A stretch of 64,000 bases of DNA from a virus: IMG/VR virus record IMGVR_UViG_3300025620_000004, positions 8,865 to 72,864 of that record. One strand, given 5' to 3'. Shown here in pieces: positions 58,012-64,000 of this stretch. Every line of letters begins with the position of its first letter. The first letter of the stretch is position 1. The position numbers were made by a program, and so were the translations under genes. The notes below the pieces were generated by a model. That model did not search any database. It was not told the origin of the DNA and saw nothing but the letters and a program-made list of their open reading frames with translations.

Positions 58012-58027
58012 GTTCTACTCCTTAGTA

Positions 58028-58132
58028 TTACATTCCTGCACTGGCGTATATTGTTATAAACGGCAAGGCTAAACAACCAATTGTCGTAACCACTGCGCAG
58101 AATACACAAGCGGCCTCGTCTCTTTTTCTCAC
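58028..58132 (-). CDS. Small single-TM protein, holin candidate (34 aa, not in ORF track)
   Basis: GTG start with GGAG RBS; MRKRDEAACVFCAVVTTIGCLALPFITIYASAGM; directly upstream of endolysin. Confidence 0.45.
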   Translation of the reverse strand: MRKRDEAACVFCAVVTTIGCLALPFITIYASAGM

Positions 58133-58198
58133 TTTCGTTCTCCATAGAACTTGGGCAATAGCCCGTATCTAGGCTACTCCAAGGTGAGCCTAATTTAC

Positions 58199-58420
58199 CT
58201 ATACCAAGTCTTTAAGGTCTTGGTACCCACCTATATGCTCCCCATTCAGTATAATCTGAGGAACAGTTTTGGCAAAAGGAAATCTAGCAGTAAAGTCTTC
58301 TACTTCGTAGTCTCTATCTAACTTGAGTACTACCATTTCCATGTTTTTACTTTTCGCAAGCGAGACAGCCATGTCACAATAGACACAACCATCTCTACTA
58401 TAAATTACTATTTTTTGCAT
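58199..58420 (-). CDS. Glutaredoxin
   Basis: CVYC, TVPQI, HIGGY. Confidence 0.9.
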   Translation of the reverse strand: MQKIVIYSRDGCVYCDMAVSLAKSKNMEMVVLKLDRDYEVEDFTARFPFAKTVPQIILNGEHIGGYQDLKDLV

Positions 58421-58944
58421 ACTGTTGCCCTAACTTCATTTCTTGTCCACTGCATATTTTCTAAACTGAAGTAGACTCCTAGAGTTGCTTTCCACCATTC
58501 TTTATCTTCTACTATAAGATGTGCATTGCGTCCGTCACTCAATATTGACCTTGCTTCAATGGTACTTATAACAAAATAGCCGCACTTCAACATACAATCT
58601 CTTATATGTTGAAGTACGTTGTCTAGTAACTCTGGTTCGATATGCTCTAACACATCTGTGCAAACTACCATATCGGCAGGCTGTGGTAGCCCCGACTTAC
58701 TTTCTACGGCAGGATCATATTCATAGAACAACAACTCACCTGGGTACTTTTTGTGAAAGTGTCTCTTCAGACAGTCCCTATGATTACTACTTCCGTAGTC
58801 AAGGGCAGTAGAACATTTGTATGTCTTTGCCCTTTTTAGTATATCTTCTGCGTGCTTACGACCTGTCCCGCCCCAATATCTATCATCATGAAGCTCTATC
58901 AGTTGTCGCTTGTAATTATCAGTTATTAATAAGTCCAAGGTCAA
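58408..58944 (-). CDS. Class I SAM-dependent methyltransferase-like protein
   Basis: LDYGS, YDPA, D.V.CTDVLEHI, AHL.V....WW. Confidence 0.8.
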   Translation of the reverse strand: MTLDLLITDNYKRQLIELHDDRYWGGTGRKHAEDILKRAKTYKCSTALDYGSSNHRDCLKRHFHKKYPGELLFYEYDPAVESKSGLPQPADMVVCTDVLEHIEPELLDNVLQHIRDCMLKCGYFVISTIEARSILSDGRNAHLIVEDKEWWKATLGVYFSLENMQWTRNEVRATVCKK

Positions 58945-59125
58945 AACCTCTCTTTACAAGCTCGTTACGATACTTCTGCTTGTGTTTTGGTTTAGTGTTG
59001 CTATTTAAAATAGCGGCTACCAACTCTTCTTCTGAAGTGTTGCGTAGGTAATAATGAACCGTCTTGTAGGTTTTCGCCTGACGGCTAATCAAAATTTTGG
59101 CTGATTCTTTAAACTTTGCTGGCAT
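58919..59125 (-). CDS. Hypothetical basic protein
   Basis: 68 aa, GGGAG RBS. Confidence 0.6.
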   Translation of the reverse strand: MPAKFKESAKILISRQAKTYKTVHYYLRNTSEEELVAAILNSNTKPKHKQKYRNELVKRGFDLGLINN

Positions 59126-59277
59126 TTTCTTTCTCCCGTTGGTATTCTAATTTAAGATCGTTGTAACAGGTTTCTGCAACCTTTCTACTTCTGGTACGCA
59201 TATACAGTGTGTGAGCGTCTTCAACCCTGTAAATAGGGTCTGATATAATCTCATCGTATTCTGTGTTTATTTCTAGT

Positions 59278-59412
59278 TTATTCTTCATCTAACTCCAGCA
59301 TCCCGTGGTCTACTAAGTGTTCTATGGTTGTCTCTATGCCTTCCTGTTTACCTAGGTGGTAGCTTGTCAAGCCACATCCAAGGGTACAAAACATAAATAC
59401 GGCTAGTTCTAA
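59278..59412 (-). CDS. Small membrane protein
   Basis: MLELAVFMFCTLGCGLTSYHLGKQEGIE...; downstream of promoter pair; start approximate. Confidence 0.5.
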   Translation of the reverse strand, partial: LELAVFMFCTLGCGLTSYHLGKQEGIETTIEHLVDHGMLELDEE

Positions 59413-59461
59413 CATACATTTTCTCCGTCTTTTGGATTTGTTTCTCCATTTCAGAATAACT

Positions 59462-59566
59462 ATTATACGCACAGTTAAGGATACAGTCAAGAAATATCTT
59501 TAGGATGCCCAATAAATTTCTATTTTCTTTTAGGGGAATTATACTCAAATTTATGTAGAATGTCAA
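59462..59566 (-). promoter_or_regulatory. Two tandem leftward sigma70 promoters
   Basis: TTGACT-17-TATAAT (59490-59462) and TTGACA-17-TATAAT (59566-59538). Confidence 0.8.
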
Positions 59567-59598
59567 GAAGAATTTTTGAGCGACCCCAAAAAAATTTC

Positions 59599-59627
59599 TT
59601 GACAAGATACCCGCTTTCCGATATAAT
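59599..59627 (+). promoter_or_regulatory. Rightward sigma70 promoter (divergent)
   Basis: TTGACA-17bp-TATAAT. Confidence 0.85.
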
Positions 59628-59633
59628 ACTCCC

Positions 59634-59807
59634 ATGAAAAAATATAAAAGAAAGCCTTGGACTGATGAGGAACGCAAGATACTTGCTACTCATTATTTTT
59701 ACCAAGACATTGAATCAATAATGTATATGCTCCCTGGGCGAACTGAGCAATCTATTCGTAATCAGGTATCATATCTAAGAAAAAGAGGATATAGGTTTAA
59801 GAAATGA
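59634..59807 (+). CDS. Myb/SANT-like HTH protein (57 aa, not in ORF track)
   Basis: Hand translation MKKYKRKPWTDEERKILATHYFYQDIESIMYMLPGRTEQSIRNQVSYLRKRGYRFKK; WT.EE...LPGRT...IRN. Confidence 0.7.
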   Translation: MKKYKRKPWTDEERKILATHYFYQDIESIMYMLPGRTEQSIRNQVSYLRKRGYRFKK

Positions 59808-59876
59808 TGTTAGATACTACACAAGCCGCTGTTCTTATAGCACTATTAGTTTTCTGGATCATCATCAAAGATAAGG

Positions 59877-60077
59877 ATGATTATGACGATTAAAGTGAGA
59901 AACGGCAATGTCGAGCAAGCACTCCGTATATTTCGCAGAAAGGTAAACGATAGTAATAAGCTGTTCGATTACAAAGAAAAGCAATATCACGAGAAGAAAA
60001 CTACTAAACGTCAGCGCAAAAAAGCTGCTGCTAAACAAAGAGAGCGTAAACGACAATGCAAGGATATAAAGTATTAA
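59877..60077 (+). CDS. rpsU: Ribosomal protein bS21
   Basis: IKVR..NVEQALR.F.RK........K..Y.EK.T.KR.RKKAAA..R. Confidence 0.85.
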   Translation: MIMTIKVRNGNVEQALRIFRRKVNDSNKLFDYKEKQYHEKKTTKRQRKKAAAKQRERKRQCKDIKY

Positions 60078-60643
60078 AGAACGTAATCCCCTCTACCTAT
60101 TTGAAGATAGCGCAGAAAGAAACTCTGCGCCTGAAGACTTGGTTACTCAAGGAAAATTTGCTCGGAACCCGTAGCGAGTTAGGCACGGGAGAGTACTGGA
60201 GAGGCATAGAAACAGCAGGTAGACTTAGTAGAGCTTTGAAACAAATGTATGAAAGCCCTTTCATGCTAGAACTAGTGAGAGAAGAGCTAGGCGATACATT
60301 CTATATGTACAACGACCAAGTTGTAGTAAAGATGCCAAAAGAACCTTTTGCTTTCGAGCCTCACAGAGACAATCAGTATGGACAAGATCCTACCGGCCAC
60401 TTTAAAACTCTTAACTTTACTTGGATACTAGACGACCAGAAAGACATAAGAGTAATGGACGGCATGGTTTGGTTACAGCCAGAGCTAGAGGCAGGAGATA
60501 TTCTTATTCTAGATGGTAATCAAATACACTGCTCTGGATATAACAATTCCGATAAACCTAGGCGTAACTGGTGTTGCGTTTATTCTAAAGAAAAGCCCGA
60601 TTATATGGACTTTTACTCAGAGAAAGTGTCTTTTATTTCTTGA
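60056..60643 (+). CDS. 2OG-Fe(II) dioxygenase (PhyH-like)
   Basis: K.P.....PHRD...WI.LDD...AGD......H.S..N.SD.PRR. Confidence 0.8.
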   Translation: MQGYKVLKNVIPSTYLKIAQKETLRLKTWLLKENLLGTRSELGTGEYWRGIETAGRLSRALKQMYESPFMLELVREELGDTFYMYNDQVVVKMPKEPFAFEPHRDNQYGQDPTGHFKTLNFTWILDDQKDIRVMDGMVWLQPELEAGDILILDGNQIHCSGYNNSDKPRRNWCCVYSKEKPDYMDFYSEKVSFIS

Positions 60644-60668
60644 CAACGTACTCAAATGTGCGTATAAT
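60640..60668 (+). promoter_or_regulatory. Sigma70-type promoter
   Basis: TTGACA-17bp-TATAAT. Confidence 0.8.
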
Positions 60669-60692
60669 ATCTATATTAACTGGGAGAAAGAC

Positions 60693-61142
60693 ATGATTAA
60701 CGTATACACTGAAGGCAAAAACTCAGACAAGTTCCACTCTTTTATTGATGAGTGCATTGTAGCACTGTTTCCCGAGGACGCAGAGTACACTATTTATGTA
60801 GAACTAAAGAAGTTTGTTGATGAAGGCAAAGAGTTAGGAACCCATGCAGGTTTATGCATCGGTGATGACGTTGAGTCAGTCGTTAGTGTAGCAACTCACT
60901 GGATGATGGAAGGTGACGAAGCAATTCCTTATGAAGATCACGAGATTGCAAGCAACATTGCACACGAACTTACTCATGCAAAACAATTTTGTAAAGGTCA
61001 GATCAACATGATCGACCACGTTTGGAAACACAATGAAGTATCTGTTGATTGTGTAGAACTTGACTACATGGAAACCCCGTGGGAAGTTGAAGCATACGCT
61101 TACGAAGAGATACTCACAGATATGTTATGGGAGAATGTATAA
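60693..61142 (+). CDS. Zincin-like metallopeptidase
   Basis: AHELTHAKQ (HExxH) and PWEVEAY; start ATG 60693 after GGGAG. Confidence 0.75.
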   Translation: MINVYTEGKNSDKFHSFIDECIVALFPEDAEYTIYVELKKFVDEGKELGTHAGLCIGDDVESVVSVATHWMMEGDEAIPYEDHEIASNIAHELTHAKQFCKGQINMIDHVWKHNEVSVDCVELDYMETPWEVEAYAYEEILTDMLWENV

Positions 61143-61306
61143 TGTTAGATTTTATTATTGGACTGGTATGTATTGTTATCTTTGTAGCCCTTTCTTGGGG
61201 CATGATACTACATACTCGGGATGAACAGGCACTGTGGGAAGACCGCAGAGATTACAACAAAATGAAGAAAGAGGTAGAGAAAAATGACTCCTCAAGAAAT
61301 ATCTGA
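61142..61306 (+). CDS. Small membrane protein (not in ORF track)
   Basis: MLDFIIGLVCIVIFVALSWGMILH...; TAATG coupling to previous gene. Confidence 0.5.
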   Translation: MLDFIIGLVCIVIFVALSWGMILHTRDEQALWEDRRDYNKMKKEVEKNDSSRNI

Positions 61307-61520
61307 TCATAAAAACAAGTGGAGAATGGCAAGTTACTTTGTGAGCCATACCCACACTGACCTTCGCAGTGAAGCAACGCAGTGGTGTAAAGATCACTGC
61401 TTCAAGTGGAGGTATGACATTAAACACTTTACAGATATCTATGGTGATACTGTAAGGTTTGAATTAGAAGAAGATTTTAACGCATTTAACGAATGGTATC
61501 AGGAGAGAATGTATGGCTAA
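61284..61520 (+). CDS. Hypothetical protein
   Basis: 78 aa, GAGG RBS. Confidence 0.6.
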   Translation: MTPQEISDHKNKWRMASYFVSHTHTDLRSEATQWCKDHCFKWRYDIKHFTDIYGDTVRFELEEDFNAFNEWYQERMYG

Positions 61521-61680
61521 GTTTTGGATATTATGGAAGCACGCATTGGGTTCGTTTGATGAAGAAGATGGATACGATGCTAGTAATGAGAACTTTATTT
61601 CTTACATTCGTACTTTCATTGTCCTCTCAAACTTAGCCTGTGCCTACATTATTATGTGGAATATTATTAGGAGCTGGTAA
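61513..61680 (+). CDS. Small membrane protein, paralogue of 61680..61883 (not in ORF track)
   Basis: MAKFWILWKHALGSFDEEDGYDASNENFISYIRTFIVLSNLACAYIIMWNIIRSW; AGGAG RBS. Confidence 0.6.
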   Translation: MAKFWILWKHALGSFDEEDGYDASNENFISYIRTFIVLSNLACAYIIMWNIIRSW

Positions 61681-61883
61681 TGAAACTAAGAACTTATGGG
61701 AGAATGAGACGAATGTGGAGAATTTGGGCTAAATCATTAGGAGAGAAAGTTGGAGAAACTGATAAGCAAGCAGACACTATTGCCGTTATTCGCAGCATCT
61801 GGTGGTTTACACATATGGTTACTTGTTTGGCAATCATACTTAACGCAATAGCCAATCATGGCTGGGGACTAATAGGATTATGA
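61680..61883 (+). CDS. Small membrane protein of a WRIWAK.LG family
   Basis: WRIWAKSLG...AD.IA.IRS...TC..I..N.I..HGW. Confidence 0.6.
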   Translation: MKLRTYGRMRRMWRIWAKSLGEKVGETDKQADTIAVIRSIWWFTHMVTCLAIILNAIANHGWGLIGL

Positions 61884-62257
61884 ACTTAATTAGAAACGCA
61901 ATTCAGACACCTGATGGAACTATACTCGAGTCGAAGCACCGACATGACTACCGATCTTATACTGATGCAAACGGCAAAACTTATGTCATTGATGGTGGAT
62001 TAGAGTATGTCAGAACCACAGTACACGCTGATCAGGTCTCTTTAGCACTCTACGACACAGAGCCGCACGAAGTACAAGCACAGCATCTTACCTGGGGTAG
62101 TTATGGTATACGAGGCGACCAACCCCGTAGAGATGTACGTATCGCTGACATGGAGACTGCACACCTTGAAGCTGTATTAAGAGAGTGCTACCCTACTGAA
62201 GTACTCAAGAACTGTATGACAAAAGAATTGGAGACAAGAAATGACACTACCGTATGA
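61880..62257 (+). CDS. Hypothetical phage protein
   Basis: NAI.TPDG..LES.HRHDY...DGG..Y.R, WG.YG..G. Confidence 0.65.
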   Translation: MNLIRNAIQTPDGTILESKHRHDYRSYTDANGKTYVIDGGLEYVRTTVHADQVSLALYDTEPHEVQAQHLTWGSYGIRGDQPRRDVRIADMETAHLEAVLRECYPTEVLKNCMTKELETRNDTTV

Positions 62258-62447
62258 GCGCCGATGGGCTATAAACAACACTAAACAGTTTTTGCTAGAC
62301 ATCGGCATGAACGAGAGCTTACCCGAAGAGGTACGCAAAGAAGCATGGAGAAATCTTAAACACTATCCAGGTGAGTACCACATGGAAGAAGCAAGAAAAG
62401 CGGCTCCTGAAGTATTTGGCGACTGGGAGGATATGAAACATGATTGA
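62241..62447 (+). CDS. Hypothetical phage protein
   Basis: MTLPYER..A...T..FL...P..VR.EA...L.HYP. Confidence 0.65.
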   Translation: MTLPYERRWAINNTKQFLLDIGMNESLPEEVRKEAWRNLKHYPGEYHMEEARKAAPEVFGDWEDMKHD

Positions 62448-62946
62448 TGAACAAAGGTCAGACTATATGTTTGCAGACCGTCCCGATAACTGGGTAGTAT
62501 TAGAAATAATGACATCAGTAGACGATACTAACCCTGCCTACAAAGTATTGGCAGGCTGGAGCGGTGGATACTTAGACGGCGATAACTGGAAACTCAACAG
62601 CGGTATTGTCAAAGTTCGTGAGCTGGCCGATTCTTGGGTCTTTATTGGCAATAGTGGTAGCGAGTATGTGTGTGATAAAGAGCAGTACAAGCTCAGAATG
62701 AATAACGCAGGAATCTATGAAGAGCTGATTACAGCCTATCCGAACCTTATTCGTATGATGCCTGAAGATACCGACTGGTCTACACTGTTAGATGATAGAG
62801 TAGATGATGGTATGACTGACTATGATGAAGTTACTCGTATTGAAGTAATTGACCAGATTGGAAGAGCTTGGATTACTAACACCGCTGAAGGTGTTACAGT
62901 ATCTCTACAGGATGATAACCGTACTCTCAAGTTGTTTGTGAAATGA
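62440..62946 (+). CDS. Hypothetical phage protein
   Basis: PD.WVV...YKVLAGWSGGYL.GD.W.LNSGI...GSEY.C; short C-terminal VTR.EVID...SLQDD.RTLK.F module. Confidence 0.65.
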   Translation: MIDEQRSDYMFADRPDNWVVLEIMTSVDDTNPAYKVLAGWSGGYLDGDNWKLNSGIVKVRELADSWVFIGNSGSEYVCDKEQYKLRMNNAGIYEELITAYPNLIRMMPEDTDWSTLLDDRVDDGMTDYDEVTRIEVIDQIGRAWITNTAEGVTVSLQDDNRTLKLFVK

Positions 62947-63290
62947 TTACATACAGCACTAACTGGATGGGGCCTGTATCTACTCGTTGGTACGAAGAAC
63001 GAGACATACCCTTTGTAATGAAGAAAACATCAGGTAAATTACTCCCTGCAGTAGAGTATAAAGATTACTTAGAAAGCTACTCTGCTGGTCGCATAGACAT
63101 CTATGGATTGGACGAGGGTGAGCATTGGGGTGGTAAATCTGAGTATGGTGTTGCTCCAATGCTTACCGAAGATTGGAATGCGTTTAGTTATTGGTTAGAC
63201 GAAATGCAGACTGAAGAACTGTGGAGCTACGAGAAGTTGATAGAACACTTTCAGTACTACAACAAAGCAGAGATAAGGTGGGCAGATTGA
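62943..63290 (+). CDS. Hypothetical protein
   Basis: 115 aa, overlapping start/stop with neighbour. Confidence 0.6.
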   Translation: MITYSTNWMGPVSTRWYEERDIPFVMKKTSGKLLPAVEYKDYLESYSAGRIDIYGLDEGEHWGGKSEYGVAPMLTEDWNAFSYWLDEMQTEELWSYEKLIEHFQYYNKAEIRWAD

Positions 63291-63404
63291 TCTATCTTCG
63301 AATTTTATTATTAATTTGGTTAGCCTTCTCTGTAAAGTTAGATGATGACTTGTACGGAGTTCGCTACAGTATGTTAGCACTGTTAGAGTGCAAAAAGGTA
63401 AAAC

Positions 63405-63653
63405 ATGAGACCTAGACGGAGAGTAATGATGGGAAAGAAAACAGTATTAATGATTGATCCACCTAAAGGATCAGAGTACGGCTTTCCACAGCCTGCACCG
63501 CAAAACTGGGGCTTTTGGGAAACTGAAGAAAAGAAACGATGGCTAGTGAAAGCAGGCTATCCTAGCGAGGAGCTTACAGGTAAGTTCTCTATTGCACTTA
63601 TACACGTAGAAGTAGAAGATAATTATTTAGAAGGCAGGGCGAATTTATTATGA
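63405..63653 (+). CDS. Hypothetical protein
   Basis: IDPP.G..YGFP motif. Confidence 0.55.
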   Translation: MRPRRRVMMGKKTVLMIDPPKGSEYGFPQPAPQNWGFWETEEKKRWLVKAGYPSEELTGKFSIALIHVEVEDNYLEGRANLL

Positions 63654-64000
63654 AAGTAAAAATTGGTGAGTATAAGGATGAAGGTGAAAGGGATATTTCT
63701 GTAAAAATTGATAAGTGGGACACTTGGTCAATGGATCATACTCTCGCACTCATAGCGCACCCGATGCTAGTTCAGCTTCGTGACACTACGAATGGTTCTC
63801 CTTTTATAGAGTTTGAAGATCGACCCGAGCACTTGATCGGAACTGTACCTGTACGTGAGCGTGGGGATATTGATGAGTTTCATCATGACGCATGGCAGTG
63901 GGTACTTACTGAGATGATTCATGCATTCGAGTCAAAGCTTCAGGACGACTGGCAAGACCAGTTCTGGTCTGGAGAGTCTGACTGGGAGATGGAAGAAATG
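63650..64000 (+). CDS. Hypothetical phage protein (3' truncated)
   Basis: MKVKIG...V.ID.WDTWSMDHTLA.I..PML.QL...; runs off window. Confidence 0.6.
   Translation, partial: MKVKIGEYKDEGERDISVKIDKWDTWSMDHTLALIAHPMLVQLRDTTNGSPFIEFEDRPEHLIGTVPVRERGDIDEFHHDAWQWVLTEMIHAFESKLQDDWQDQFWSGESDWEMEEM

Noticed and set aside
1-64000. tRNA genes, integrase, introns/inteins, alternative genetic code
   Set aside because: No cloverleaf or integrase motifs seen by eye; terminase, polymerase, helicases and RNR are of normal uninterrupted length under the standard code. tRNAscan-SE would be needed to be certain.

Overview
A 64-kb segment of a lytic T5-like (Demerecviridae-like) siphophage genome, probably from an aquatic host with sigma70-type promoters. 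The + strand from 1 to 32.7 kb carries packaging, head and tail genes in T5 order, but with a protease-capsid fusion and a lambda-type M-L-K-I-J tail tip. These are followed by a fibre/adaptor cluster ending in a 1408-aa Thr-rich protein and two glycosyltransferase-like genes. The - strand from 32.7 to 59.5 kb carries a T5-like replication block (D2, D3, split NAD ligase, D5, helicase, primase, PolA, D10-D15) plus nrdJ, thyX, phoH, iscU, a radical SAM/SDR pair, two more glycosyltransferases, a methyltransferase and a lysis cassette. The + strand from 59.6 to 64 kb carries small genes including bS21. The standout observation is that the Thr-rich protein (26836..31062) is not a random low-complexity mucin but is self-complementary at the amino-acid level. 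About 133 four- or six-residue units in the N-half are mirrored in reverse order by the C-half, with aromatic residues opposite basic/polar residues at a constant register (i+j=1430). This predicts a ~200-nm antiparallel beta-hairpin fibre, possibly glycosylated by the adjacent enzymes. All family calls come from motif recognition by eye, not database searches.
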